From an uncultured virus (IMG/VR IMGVR_UViG_3300009159_008407) (Duplodnaviria; Heunggongvirae; Uroviricota; Caudoviricetes), in IMG/VR virus record IMGVR_UViG_3300009159_008407: 64,000 nt of DNA; one strand, given 5' to 3'. The notes beneath the pieces are model-generated. The model had not been told where the DNA came from and did no database searches. It saw only the letters and a list, made by a program, of their open reading frames with translations. The position numbers and the translations under genes are program-made. The first letter of the stretch is position 1. Each line of letters opens with the position of its first letter. Positions 1 to 10,338 of the stretch are shown here, piece by piece.

Positions 1-16
1 CTTATCGATCATTGGT

Positions 17-262
17 TTGACTTTCATACTTAAGTATGGTTCTATATTCAATTACCCACGTAATGAATTAAGGAAATTGAGTCCATACTTTGAGGAACTA
101 TTTAAATGTTCCTTATGTTTGGGATTCTGGTCAGGCCTAATTGTTGGTTTGACATCAAAGGAAAACTTGTTGTTATTTCCTTTCTATGGTGCAGCAATTT
201 CCTTCTTTGCTGATCATTTCCTGGAACTCATTCAAACAACCATTAGTAAGCTTGAACGTTAA
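17..262 (+). CDS. small membrane protein, DUF1360-like (may start upstream of window)
   Basis: CSLCLGFW motif plus hydrophobic segments. Confidence 0.5.
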   Translation: MTFILKYGSIFNYPRNELRKLSPYFEELFKCSLCLGFWSGLIVGLTSKENLLLFPFYGAAISFFADHFLELIQTTISKLER

Positions 263-600
263 TTTCCCTTAACGGCTTTTATTAGCTTTCCTAATACGTA
301 AACGCAGTAGTCCATATTTTCGGCTGCTGCGTTTTCCATTTCTTGGTTTAATAATTTAACAACAGCACTACGAGAGATATTTCCTACTACTTCTTCCTCA
401 CTTTCAATAGGAGATGTTCCTAAAGGTGCTTGAACATATGCAGGTTTATCCGGAGAGGTTGTTGGTATTGGTCTTTGGTAAGTGTAAGCTTTAGATGTTC
501 TACCAACATTTGATTGGGTGTAATTAGCTAGAGGTGTATCAATGCTAACACCATTATAACCACCTTCATAAATTTGTTGAATTTTTCTTAAATCAGACAT
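259..600 (-). CDS. hypothetical protein
   Basis: 113-aa ORF, TAAATA just upstream on minus strand. Confidence 0.6.
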   Translation of the reverse strand: MSDLRKIQQIYEGGYNGVSIDTPLANYTQSNVGRTSKAYTYQRPIPTTSPDKPAYVQAPLGTSPIESEEEVVGNISRSAVVKLLNQEMENAAAENMDYCVYVLGKLIKAVKGN

Positions 601-632
601 TGTTTTATATATTTAATAGTATATATTGAAGT

Positions 633-1085
633 ATGGATAAAAATGTTACATGGGATGAAATTACATCTCTAATTGTGCAGAGTGATATTAAGGAAAAATA
701 TAAAGATGTCGACATTATTGCTTGTATTGGTACAGGGGGAATGGTACCTGGTGTCATTATTTCGAAGATTCTCGACAAGCCTATTATCAATCTCGGTGTT
801 AAATCGTATGCAGTTAACAATACTCAAACGTATAACGCTCAGTGGTATCAAAATTTTGTGTTTAGAAAGTCAAAACACCACAACGTTCTAGTAGTTGATG
901 ACATTAATGACACTGGTCACACTTTAATTACTGTTAATAGTTACTTGATGTCTCTTTTTTATACAGAAAAGCATGTAAATTTTTTAACGGTGTATATGAA
1001 ACCACATACAGTTTTCAATTGTGACTACTTACAAGAGGTAGAAAACGATACATGGATCAAATTCCCTTGGGAGGTAAACAAATGA
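633..1085 (+). CDS. purine phosphoribosyltransferase (Gpt/Hpt-like)
   Basis: PRPP-binding motif VLVVDDINDTGHT; GGMVPG; C-terminal WIKFPWE. Confidence 0.85.
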   Translation: MDKNVTWDEITSLIVQSDIKEKYKDVDIIACIGTGGMVPGVIISKILDKPIINLGVKSYAVNNTQTYNAQWYQNFVFRKSKHHNVLVVDDINDTGHTLITVNSYLMSLFYTEKHVNFLTVYMKPHTVFNCDYLQEVENDTWIKFPWEVNK

Positions 1086-1450
1086 GTGATAGAAAAGTAA
1101 CATGTTTAATTACAGGTCAGTCTGTAATGATGGGTAAGGACTATTTTGCTAAAAAAGCAGAGGAGTATAATGGTGAAGAAAATTTACGCAAGTATTATAT
1201 TAGCAAAAAAGCTAAGAGTTTGGTAAAGCGTGGTTATAATGTAAATGAAATTCGTAAAATTCTTAATGTAGTTGAACCGGGATTACCTGGTGGTGATACT
1301 CAAGATGTTATTGATATAATTAGCTACCATAAAGTTGAAAAGAAAAGTATATCTGAAAAGCGACTTGATAGTGCTCAAAACTTTATGATGCAAGCTTCTG
1401 ATGAAGATGTACAGTTATTCATAAATAATATCAAACAACTTAAATTATGA
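1082..1450 (+). CDS. hypothetical protein
   Basis: ATG overlaps upstream stop; MSDRKVTCLITG start. Confidence 0.6.
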   Translation: MSDRKVTCLITGQSVMMGKDYFAKKAEEYNGEENLRKYYISKKAKSLVKRGYNVNEIRKILNVVEPGLPGGDTQDVIDIISYHKVEKKSISEKRLDSAQNFMMQASDEDVQLFINNIKQLKL

Positions 1451-1674
1451 CAAAAAAATTTATCCCATCTATAGCTGGTAAGAATACAATTAAACTTTTT
1501 GATGCTTTAACTGGTCAGCTCTACAGACAGTTTAATACTGGTGGGTCTATCTCTGGACAACCTATTGTTACAGAGTCTGAAATCTATGTTGAAGTTACTG
1601 AAGCAGGTAATAAAAGAGTAATCAAATATTATTCTCTACCACATTGCGGTCTCAAAAAAACTATTCGTCTTTAA
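1447..1674 (+). CDS. hypothetical protein
   Basis: 75-aa ORF, ATGA overlap with upstream gene. Confidence 0.55.
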   Translation: MTKKFIPSIAGKNTIKLFDALTGQLYRQFNTGGSISGQPIVTESEIYVEVTEAGNKRVIKYYSLPHCGLKKTIRL

Positions 1675-1735
1675 TTAAAAAATATAGGTAAAAACTTGAT
1701 TGTTTAGTGTCATGGTATATACTAAATAGTATACT

Positions 1736-4204
1736 ATGAAAGTACTTAAACGAAACGGTAAGCTACAAATTTTAAACGATAAAAAGATCCACCAATGCGT
1801 GGATCGAGCATGTAAGGGTCTCAAGAATGTAGATCCTTTAACAGTTGTATATAATGCAACTCTAAAACTATATGATGGTGTACCAACTACAGAGATTGAT
1901 AAGTCTCTTGTGTTGTCAGCAAGAGCATTAATCGAACAAGAACCGGAGTATACTCTTGTGGCCGCAAGATTGCTTCTTAATACTCTATATAAAGAAGTAT
2001 TTGGTGAAGGTGTAGATAGTGATGCATTTGAACTTCAATATAAGAAGACATTCATCACTAATCTCAAAGCTTTGGTAAAGGCTGGAACTCTTAATAAAGA
2101 TCTTCTTTCATTCGACCTCAAAGCAATTTCAGCTGCTCTCAATATTAAGAGAGATTATATCTTTGAATATCTCGGCGTTCAAACTATTGTTGATCGCTAT
2201 TTGTGCCGTGTTGATGATAAGCTTGTAGAGTCACCACAAGCATTCTTTATGCGTATTGCAATGGGGTTAGCTCTTGCAGAAAAGCCAGAGGAAAGAACAG
2301 AGTGGGCTATTAAGTTCTACAATGTATTGAGCACGCACGATTACATGGCGTCTACACCAACGTTGTTCTATTCAGGAAATGTTCGTAGTCAGCTCTCTTC
2401 TTGCTTCTTGAATACGTTTGAAGATTCAGTATTTGGTATCTTTGATGGTCTTCATCAGGAAGCTCAGAAGAGTAAGTACGCTGGTGGGCTTGGAATGGAC
2501 TTTACTCTCTTTAGAGCTGGTGGTGCTTTGATTTCTACTACAGGTGGTCAAACGACTGGAGCTGTTTATACTTGGAAATTGTTTAATGATATGCTAATTG
2601 CAATCAATCAAGGAGGAAAGCGAAAGGGTGCTGGTTGTGGTTATTTGGAAACATGGCATTACGATATTGAAGACTTTCTTGAGTTGAGGAAAAATGTCGG
2701 TGAAGAACGTAGACGTACTCATGATATGAATACTGCTAATTGGATTCCAGATTTATTCATGCAACAAGTTGCAGCTGATAGTAATTGGTTTCTTTTCTCC
2801 CCAGAAGAGGCTCCTGAATTGCATGACTTGTTTGGAACAGAATTTGAAGCTAAGTACTGGGAGTATGTTGCAAAAGGAAAGCGTGGTGAGTTGAGATTGT
2901 TCAAAGAGGTAGAGGCAAAAACGCTTTGGAAAAAGATGCTTAAGGCAATTTTTGAAACTGGTCATCCTTGGATCACATTTAAAGACCCTTGTAATATTCG
3001 TTATACTAATCAGCATGAAGGTATAGTGCACTCATCTAACCTTTGTACTGAAATTACTCTTCATACTAAGGCTACTAAATTCAAACCGAATAACGATCGC
3101 GATATTGCTGAGTATGGTGAAACTGCAGTTTGTAATCTTGGTTCAATCAATCTTAAGAATCATCTCATTGTAGATTCAAAAGGTGTTTATACTATTGATT
3201 ACCCGAAGCTGAAAGATACTACAGCTATTGCAATTCGGATGCTTGATAATGTTATCGACATTAACTTCTATCCAACACAAGAAGCTAAAAACTCTAACGT
3301 AAAGCATAGACCGATTGGTCTTGGTTCAATGGGTTGGCATGATATGTTCCACGCTCTTCGAGTTAATTATGATAGTGATACAGCAGTTAAATTATCTGGT
3401 TATATTTCTGAGTTCATTTCATATCATGCAATTCTTGCTAGTAGCCAATTAGCTGAGACACGCGGTAAGTATTCAACGTTTGATGGCTCGCTTTGGAGTA
3501 AGAATGTATTCCCAGTTGACTCATATATTAATTTGATGTCTCAAAGAGACCCAACCTTTAATAAAACTCGTGAAGATTTAGAAAATCATGATTGGGAATC
3601 GGTACGCGAGTCAGTTAGTAAACATGGTATGAGAAATTCTAATGTACTGGCAATTGCTCCTACTGCGACTATTTCATCTATTGTTGGGTGCTCTTCAACA
3701 ACCGAACCGATCTTCTCTAATTTATTCGTTTATCGTACTCTTAGTGGTGAATTTAAAATGATTAATAAGTGGCTTGTAGATGATTTTAAAGCTTTGAATA
3801 TGTGGAATCATACTACGGTTCAGCAACTAGTTGCAGCTGATGGTGATGTAAGTCGAATGAACCTACCAGAAGGTATTCGTGATGAACTAATTGCAAGATA
3901 TAAAACTGCATTCCAAGTAAATCAGTTTAAACTTCTCGATGCAGCAGCTGCTCGTGGTATTTGGATTGACCAAGCAATGTCAGTAAATCTCTTTAACGAT
4001 CAAGTATCTCTAAAATATCTTAATGATATGTATATGCATGCTTGGACTTTAGGATTGAAAACGACTTATTACCTGCGTAATAAAGGTGCATCTTCAATTG
4101 AAAAAGCTTCTGTAAATAGTAATCAAATTTTAAGCTCTATTGGAGATGAAGCTCCAATGAAAGCATGTTTGATTGTTGACCCTACCTGCGAATCATGTCA
4201 ATAA
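1736..4204 (+). CDS. nrdA: ribonucleotide reductase class Ia alpha subunit with ATP cone
   Basis: VLKRNG ATP cone, QLSSCF, SNLCTEI, AIAPTAT, LKTTYY, C-terminal CESCQ. Confidence 0.97.
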   Translation: MKVLKRNGKLQILNDKKIHQCVDRACKGLKNVDPLTVVYNATLKLYDGVPTTEIDKSLVLSARALIEQEPEYTLVAARLLLNTLYKEVFGEGVDSDAFELQYKKTFITNLKALVKAGTLNKDLLSFDLKAISAALNIKRDYIFEYLGVQTIVDRYLCRVDDKLVESPQAFFMRIAMGLALAEKPEERTEWAIKFYNVLSTHDYMASTPTLFYSGNVRSQLSSCFLNTFEDSVFGIFDGLHQEAQKSKYAGGLGMDFTLFRAGGALISTTGGQTTGAVYTWKLFNDMLIAINQGGKRKGAGCGYLETWHYDIEDFLELRKNVGEERRRTHDMNTANWIPDLFMQQVAADSNWFLFSPEEAPELHDLFGTEFEAKYWEYVAKGKRGELRLFKEVEAKTLWKKMLKAIFETGHPWITFKDPCNIRYTNQHEGIVHSSNLCTEITLHTKATKFKPNNDRDIAEYGETAVCNLGSINLKNHLIVDSKGVYTIDYPKLKDTTAIAIRMLDNVIDINFYPTQEAKNSNVKHRPIGLGSMGWHDMFHALRVNYDSDTAVKLSGYISEFISYHAILASSQLAETRGKYSTFDGSLWSKNVFPVDSYINLMSQRDPTFNKTREDLENHDWESVRESVSKHGMRNSNVLAIAPTATISSIVGCSSTTEPIFSNLFVYRTLSGEFKMINKWLVDDFKALNMWNHTTVQQLVAADGDVSRMNLPEGIRDELIARYKTAFQVNQFKLLDAAAARGIWIDQAMSVNLFNDQVSLKYLNDMYMHAWTLGLKTTYYLRNKGASSIEKASVNSNQILSSIGDEAPMKACLIVDPTCESCQ

Positions 4205-4425
4205 ACTTCCCTCAACCGTTTCTGGAAGAGTTGACAGATGATGAACACTCTTTGCTCTGCAGTATTTTAAACCAAGGTAAGTCCGTGGTTTATGAACTGG
4301 CCTACTGCAGAGCAGGAGTGGTTCTCAACAATTTAAATAAAGCGCAATTAACTGAAGAAGGTGAAGTTACACGTAAAAGTATTTTAAACAAATATAACCA
4401 ATACATGGGAAAGCCGATAGAATAA
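4195..4425 (+). CDS. hypothetical protein
   Basis: 76-aa ORF between nrdA and nrdB. Confidence 0.5.
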   Translation: MSINFPQPFLEELTDDEHSLLCSILNQGKSVVYELAYCRAGVVLNNLNKAQLTEEGEVTRKSILNKYNQYMGKPIE

Positions 4426-4433
4426 ATAATAAT

Positions 4434-5435
4434 ATGAGCGAAAAAACGGGATTAATTCTAGGTAAAGAAAAAGAGGGTGTGAATCAAATTTTACCACATA
4501 AACATAAATGGGCATGGGATTTGTATAAGATTGGTAAACGTAATAATTGGGATCCAGAAGAAATTCCAATGAACGTTGATATTAATAATTGGCGGGGTAA
4601 TAAGTTGACTGATGCAGAAAAATTGGTAGTACGACGTACGCTTGGATTCTTCGCAGGATCTGAGTCGTTAGTAGGAAATAATTTAGTATCTCTCTTTAGA
4701 CATATTACTGATCCAGAGTGTCGTCAATATATGGCACGGCAGATTTGGGAAGAATGCTTGCATAACGATACAGTTGTTTATATTTGCGATTCTTTGAGTC
4801 TTGATCTTAAGGAAGTATATGAAGCGTACGCGACAGTACCATCTATTAAAGCTAAAGATGATTTCTTAATGTCCATTACAAAGAATCTTAAACATGATGT
4901 TGATACATCAACCGTGGAAGGTGTTCGTGAAGTCATTAAGGCAGCCTTTATTTACTGGGTTATTTGTGAAGGTACGTTTTTCTTCTCTGGTTTTGCAATG
5001 TTGCTTGCATTGAAATCAAAATTACCTGGTGTTGGTGAGCAAATTGAGTATACTCTTCGTGATGAATCTAATCATATCAAGTTCGGTTGCTCACTTATTC
5101 GTCAGATTATTAATCAGATGCCAGAAGTTTGGACTGAAGATTTCCAAAATCTACTTGTTGGTTATTTAAAAGAGGCAGTTGCACTTGAGATCGCTTATGC
5201 GAAGGATGTGTTGCCTGTTGGGATCTTAGGTTTGAATTCGAATATGTTCATTGACTATATGCAATATATCGGTAACAGGAGACTTGAAAGTATTGGTATT
5301 TCATATCGTTTTGAAAATGATAAAAATCCATTCGATTTCTTATCAGAAGTTCAAGATTTAATTAAGGCTAAAAACTTCTTTGAATCGAAAGTAACTGATT
5401 ATCAATCTGCAGGAGCATTAGATGATGACTTTTAA
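4434..5435 (+). CDS. nrdB: ribonucleotide reductase beta subunit
   Basis: WDPEEI, EECLH, EGTFFFSGF, RDESNH, NFFE motifs. Confidence 0.96.
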   Translation: MSEKTGLILGKEKEGVNQILPHKHKWAWDLYKIGKRNNWDPEEIPMNVDINNWRGNKLTDAEKLVVRRTLGFFAGSESLVGNNLVSLFRHITDPECRQYMARQIWEECLHNDTVVYICDSLSLDLKEVYEAYATVPSIKAKDDFLMSITKNLKHDVDTSTVEGVREVIKAAFIYWVICEGTFFFSGFAMLLALKSKLPGVGEQIEYTLRDESNHIKFGCSLIRQIINQMPEVWTEDFQNLLVGYLKEAVALEIAYAKDVLPVGILGLNSNMFIDYMQYIGNRRLESIGISYRFENDKNPFDFLSEVQDLIKAKNFFESKVTDYQSAGALDDDF

Positions 5436-5469
5436 TTAGTCTTTGTTAATATTACTTTAATCAACGGTC

Positions 5470-5490
5470 CCCGATAGCATTGCTATCGGG
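5470..5490 (+). terminator. stable hairpin after nrdB
   Basis: CCCGATAGCA-T-TGCTATCGGG inverted repeat; no clear U-tract. Confidence 0.5.
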
Positions 5491-5507
5491 ATTCCCATAA
5501 ATATAAG

Positions 5508-6116
5508 ATGCTAGATAATCTTGATCCAGACTTACGTACATCAGTTATTGGTTTTATTTCAGGGTTGCTTGGTGTCTTTTTAATTTTTGTAAAAAAGATA
5601 CTTAACAATCTTAGTGATAAAATTTTTACTAAACGTGATGCCGTAGTAGAAACATTAAATGTGGGTAAACTAATAAAGGACTGCTTAACAAATTTGTTAG
5701 TTGACTGGGATGCAGGTAGAGCATTTATTGTACAATTTCATAATGGTGGTAGTTTCTTTACAGGTGGATCAATGCAGAAGTTTTCAATCACTCATGAAGA
5801 GATTGCTCCAGGTGTTCACCCAATGCATAAGGTGTTGCAAAATATTATTATAACAAATGCATCTTGGATCGGAGATGTTCTTGATGGTACTTTCGTTGTA
5901 CCGAGCGTTAAAAAACTTCAAGATGTTACAACAAGAACATTCTTTGAAGAGTTTGGTGTTGAGTCTGTTATAGGTATACCTCTTAAGAAGGATAATAGAG
6001 TAGTTGGTATTTTAATGCTGCAATTTATTTTAAAACAACCTAAACTTGATGATGCTTGTTTGATTAAACTCGCTGATCAATGTAAAAATATTCCATCGTT
6101 GTTATTACACTGCTAA
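5508..6116 (+). CDS. N-terminal TM helix + GAF-like domain protein (candidate T4 T-type holin)
   Basis: hydrophobic residues about 14-29, FHNGG, GVESVIGIPLKKDNRVVGILML GAF-like signature. Confidence 0.55.
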   Translation: MLDNLDPDLRTSVIGFISGLLGVFLIFVKKILNNLSDKIFTKRDAVVETLNVGKLIKDCLTNLLVDWDAGRAFIVQFHNGGSFFTGGSMQKFSITHEEIAPGVHPMHKVLQNIIITNASWIGDVLDGTFVVPSVKKLQDVTTRTFFEEFGVESVIGIPLKKDNRVVGILMLQFILKQPKLDDACLIKLADQCKNIPSLLLHC

Positions 6117-6137
6117 AATATAAATAATATTAATAAC

Positions 6138-6785
6138 ATGAAACAACGCTCTATTTGGTTAAATGGTGGTGATGAAACAAAACAAGAACAACCTATTCAA
6201 AATATTATTCGTATAGAAGGTATTAATGGGGAAGAAGAAGCGATAACATCTCACATTAGAGGCTCTGAAAATGAAATTGCATTTTATGGTGAAATTAATA
6301 CTGTTACAGCTGGTGAGATTTGTAGATTGTTAAATGAAACAGATTTAAGATTACAAAATACTAAAAATATGTTAGGAGCTGATTATGATCCTACTTTACA
6401 TTTTAGAATTAGATCTGATGGAGGAAGCCTTTTTGATAGCCTTGCTATTTTAGATAGAATGGCTTACCTCAAAACAAAAATATATACTTACGTGGAGGGT
6501 GGTGCAGCAAGTGGTGCGACTCTTATTAGTGTTGCTGGTAAGCGTCGCTTCATCGGTAAAAATTCATTTATGTTAATCCATCAGTTGTCTGCTGGTTCGT
6601 ATGGTAATTTTCAACAGCTAGAAGATCAGCAAGCAAATTATAAACGATTGATGACATCTATCAAGGACATCTATAAAACATACACTAAGATGCTAATGAA
6701 GAAGCTTGATGAAATTCTTAAACATGACCTATGGCTTACAGCTAAGGAGTGTTTGGAATATGGGATGGTAGATGAAATTATATAG
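6138..6785 (+). CDS. ClpP-like serine protease
   Basis: FYGEI, SDGGS, GGAASGA (Ser), MLIHQ (His), DLWLTAKECLEYGMVD. Confidence 0.88.
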   Translation: MKQRSIWLNGGDETKQEQPIQNIIRIEGINGEEEAITSHIRGSENEIAFYGEINTVTAGEICRLLNETDLRLQNTKNMLGADYDPTLHFRIRSDGGSLFDSLAILDRMAYLKTKIYTYVEGGAASGATLISVAGKRRFIGKNSFMLIHQLSAGSYGNFQQLEDQQANYKRLMTSIKDIYKTYTKMLMKKLDEILKHDLWLTAKECLEYGMVDEII

Positions 6786-6818
6786 TTGATCTTCGAGCTT
6801 TTTAGATCATAATATAAT

Positions 6819-7769
6819 ATGGATAAAAAGCTCTATTATGACGACATCGCTCTAGTACCAAGATTTTCAACTGCTACTTCTAGATCTGAATTAGATGTAT
6901 CAACTAATCTAAGTGATCGTTCAATTAATCTTCCAGTAATACCAGCTAACATGAAATGCGTTATCGATACAAAGATAGCGCATTTTCTATCTGAACATGA
7001 TTACTTTTATATCATGCATCGATTTGATATGGATAATTATGAGTTTGTTGAAAATTGTAACAAATATAATTGGAATCTTATTTCTATTTCAGTTGGTGTA
7101 AAGGAGTCAGATAAAATTGCACTTACCAACATCGCTGGCTCTAAGCTTAGAGTAGATTATATCACTATCGATATTGCACATGGTCATAGTGTATTGATGA
7201 AAGATATGATCAAATTTATAAGAGATCTCTTACCAGAAGTTAAAATCATTGCTGGTAACATTTGCACCAAACATGCTTATTATGATTTAGTTTTATGGGG
7301 TGCAGATATTATTAAAGTTGGTGTTGGACCTGGAGCAGCATGCACCACAAAGCTCAAAACAGGATTTACTTACCCAATGTTTAGTTGTATAAGTGAAATT
7401 GATACTTATAGAACGGAAAATGATTTACATATACCAATTATTGCAGATGGTGGTATTGAACATAATGGTGATATTACTAAAGCATTAGTAGCTGGAGCTG
7501 ATTATGTAATGTGTGGTAAATTGTTTAGTGAATGTATTGATTCACCCGCACCACTTATCAATGGCCAAAAACATTATTTTGGCTCAGCATCAGAACATAA
7601 TAAAGGTCATTCAAAAAATATTGAAGGTAAACTTCTTCAGCTTAATCAAAATGGAATGACATTTGAAGATAAGCTTCAAGAAATTAAACAAGATTTACAA
7701 AGTGCTTTATCCTATTCTGGTTGTAAAGATCTTTCGCAAATGTGGATGGTGGAGTGGATTTTAATCTAA
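6819..7769 (+). CDS. guaC: GMP reductase
   Basis: PANM, DIAHGHS, KVGVGPGAACTTK, IADGG, YFGSAS, DLQSALSYSG. Confidence 0.92.
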   Translation: MDKKLYYDDIALVPRFSTATSRSELDVSTNLSDRSINLPVIPANMKCVIDTKIAHFLSEHDYFYIMHRFDMDNYEFVENCNKYNWNLISISVGVKESDKIALTNIAGSKLRVDYITIDIAHGHSVLMKDMIKFIRDLLPEVKIIAGNICTKHAYYDLVLWGADIIKVGVGPGAACTTKLKTGFTYPMFSCISEIDTYRTENDLHIPIIADGGIEHNGDITKALVAGADYVMCGKLFSECIDSPAPLINGQKHYFGSASEHNKGHSKNIEGKLLQLNQNGMTFEDKLQEIKQDLQSALSYSGCKDLSQMWMVEWILI

Positions 7770-7777
7770 TTTATAGA

Positions 7778-9121
7778 CTAAGGAGTTAAACTATAACTCT
7801 TATCAGTACCACGAAAATTTAAAAAGGTATTTAGGATTCTTGCTAAAAACACATTTAACCAATTACCCTTATCATATTTTGCCCCATCAGCAATTGCTTC
7901 ACTAGCAACAGCAAAATCTGCTCTATTAATACCTCTATCAATTGCTTCTTGTCTCATTACATTGTTGACACTTTTAGTACTAGTACTCTCTAATAGTCTC
8001 ATTGGTACAGAAGGAAATTCATGACCATGTGGTAAAAGTTGTATAGCATTATTGCCTTGGAAACCTAAAAATATTTTTATAGGTACAACTTTAGTACCAG
8101 CTGCAAGTGGTCCTAATGCAAACGGTGGGGATTGCGGTACAGTATTATAGGATAATGGGTATGTTGGTTGATTCGTTTGAACGTAATCGGGAAAATAAGG
8201 CCACTGACTACTAGCTGGTCCACTAGGTGACCCATTGATAGTAGCAGTTGGGGTATTTAATCTTTTTATTACAGCTAATTCAGCATTAAGTACGGTGGAT
8301 GCTAACATGTTAGCAGCTACACCACCAATAACAGCTACCCCAGCTATCCAACTACCAAACACTAGCTGACCTTCAGCTCCTTCACTAGTAAACCCAACTA
8401 TGGTTTGTTGAATTTCTCTAGGACCTGTAATATGGTTAACAAATAATTCACCTTCGGAATATATACCTCCTTGAACAATTACATTACCAGAAACACCTAA
8501 TGTGCTATCCACCACAACTTGCGCATCACTTTTAATATTTACAAAGCTGCCTTCAATAGTAACGTTAGAGTTACCTGTTATGTTTACACTTTCACCACCA
8601 ATTAAGGTTTGAGTTGTACTACCAACTTTTGTAACCGTTTCACTAATTAAGCTAGCACTACCACCTGATACTAGATGCACACCACCACCACCAGCTTTTA
8701 CAGAAAATCTGTTACCTACATCCACATTATAATTACCACATGGGAATGCAGACCAGTTATCAACTTCTTGAACTATGGGTACTCCACCATCTTGAGATCT
8801 TGTACCTGTTGGTGATACTACAATACCAGCTTTAACACGTTTGCCTTTTGGAACAACTACACCTTGTGGTGTACTATTTGGAGCAGCACCAACTATAGTG
8901 TGTTTATTTCTAATAATATTTTCTACATAATTACCACCAGTACCAAAATCTTTTTCAATTTCATTGAATTTCTTCTGCTTAGAAGAAATTAACGTTGATA
9001 TTCCTTGCTTTTCTGTATTAGGTGGTGCAGAACTACCTTCTACAATTTGAGGTATTGCAACATTTAAAACTTCTATTTTAGGGGGTGCATTTAATGGTGG
9101 TGGGTTTGGTAATGCAATCAT
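7778..9121 (-). CDS. baseplate spike-like protein (gp5 C-terminal-like)
   Basis: Val/Gly-rich beta-strand repeats, HGH motif near C terminus, downstream of gp5 OB-fold ORF. Confidence 0.55.
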   Translation of the reverse strand: MIALPNPPPLNAPPKIEVLNVAIPQIVEGSSAPPNTEKQGISTLISSKQKKFNEIEKDFGTGGNYVENIIRNKHTIVGAAPNSTPQGVVVPKGKRVKAGIVVSPTGTRSQDGGVPIVQEVDNWSAFPCGNYNVDVGNRFSVKAGGGGVHLVSGGSASLISETVTKVGSTTQTLIGGESVNITGNSNVTIEGSFVNIKSDAQVVVDSTLGVSGNVIVQGGIYSEGELFVNHITGPREIQQTIVGFTSEGAEGQLVFGSWIAGVAVIGGVAANMLASTVLNAELAVIKRLNTPTATINGSPSGPASSQWPYFPDYVQTNQPTYPLSYNTVPQSPPFALGPLAAGTKVVPIKIFLGFQGNNAIQLLPHGHEFPSVPMRLLESTSTKSVNNVMRQEAIDRGINRADFAVASEAIADGAKYDKGNWLNVFLARILNTFLNFRGTDKSYSLTP

Positions 9122-9127
9122 ATAAAA

Positions 9128-9907
9128 TTAGTTTGTTGGTTTAGATGTATCTCTTTTTTGAAGTGTAGCCTGAGTTGGATTTATTTGAGGTAATGAATAT
9201 AAATTTGGATTATTAACAGCACTTCCTATCGCTTTCGTTACACCAAAAAGAGCAGTTGAAGCTGTATTTACAGCTCCACTTAATAGTTTAGTAGCTTCAG
9301 CCCCAGTTGTACTTAACGCACCACCTACAGCACCACCAACACTAGCTCCAGCTTGTGTTAACAAATAACCTGGTATCTCTGCAGCCTTATATACACCAGC
9401 TGCTAATTGAGCATTAGCTTGATCAATTACTCTAGTAACACCATTAACTGAATCGGTAACTACATTTTTAATATCTTTAAGCGGTGAAGTAATATCACCA
9501 ATAGCATTTGATACACCTCTAAGCGCATCATTAGCTAACGTTTGAACTGCTGAAGTAACAGCACTTGTAGCTAATGATGTAGCTGCATTTCTAAGTATTC
9601 GACCTATAGATAATTGTATCTTCAATGTTATATTATTCAGTATTTCACCTGAAGCTATTTTACGTTGTAATTCATTTATACCAACTGCTGGTGAATAAAT
9701 TATACCATCAACAGCACCTTGTAATGAATTAAGACTATTAATAGTATTTTGAATGGTTTCAGCTATAGGAGCTGAAATACCAGTTGCTAGTTGACAAAAT
9801 GACCCTGCTCCGCTAAGTGCTGGGTTTGCAGCTGTAGGTGCAACGTTTTGCCCTACGCCATTATTTTGTAATGTTTTAGGATTGGGATATGAGCCGCTAT
9901 TTGCCAT
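9128..9907 (-). CDS. Ala/Gly-rich putative virion protein
   Basis: 259-aa ORF inside baseplate cluster. Confidence 0.55.
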   Translation of the reverse strand: MANSGSYPNPKTLQNNGVGQNVAPTAANPALSGAGSFCQLATGISAPIAETIQNTINSLNSLQGAVDGIIYSPAVGINELQRKIASGEILNNITLKIQLSIGRILRNAATSLATSAVTSAVQTLANDALRGVSNAIGDITSPLKDIKNVVTDSVNGVTRVIDQANAQLAAGVYKAAEIPGYLLTQAGASVGGAVGGALSTTGAEATKLLSGAVNTASTALFGVTKAIGSAVNNPNLYSLPQINPTQATLQKRDTSKPTN

Positions 9908-9910
9908 AGG

Positions 9911-10330
9911 TTATGCTAAATTGGTTAAATTATTGTAATCCACACCAGGTAATATTGGATATGCTGGTATTTTGGTATCCGGTAATAAGTTAGCAGCTGC
10001 TATTGAGGCAAACTCATCAGCCCATCTGCTATATGCATTTTTTATTAATGCATCAGCTGGACCAACAAACAATATCATATCACCGTTATCGACTCGTGTT
10101 TCTTTGGTACCATTTACATATACGTTATCATCACCACCTACAGATACAAATCTATCCATTATAGTGGTTAATCGATGGGTAATGGGGGTAAATTCACTTA
10201 TACCGGATGAGTCTGTAACTTTACTATTACCATGATAATCACCTTCAGCTACATATGGGTTGTTCGAAGAATTTGAAACAACCTTTTTCTCAGCTAAAGT
10301 ATTAGTTACTGTACCTCCATCACTTGGCAT
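9911..10330 (-). CDS. gp5-like middle segment
   Basis: DRFVSVGGDDNVYVNG repeat pattern resembling gp5/VgrG beta-helix. Confidence 0.5.
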   Translation of the reverse strand: MPSDGGTVTNTLAEKKVVSNSSNNPYVAEGDYHGNSKVTDSSGISEFTPITHRLTTIMDRFVSVGGDDNVYVNGTKETRVDNGDMILFVGPADALIKNAYSRWADEFASIAAANLLPDTKIPAYPILPGVDYNNLTNLA

Positions 10331-10338
10331 AAAAATAT

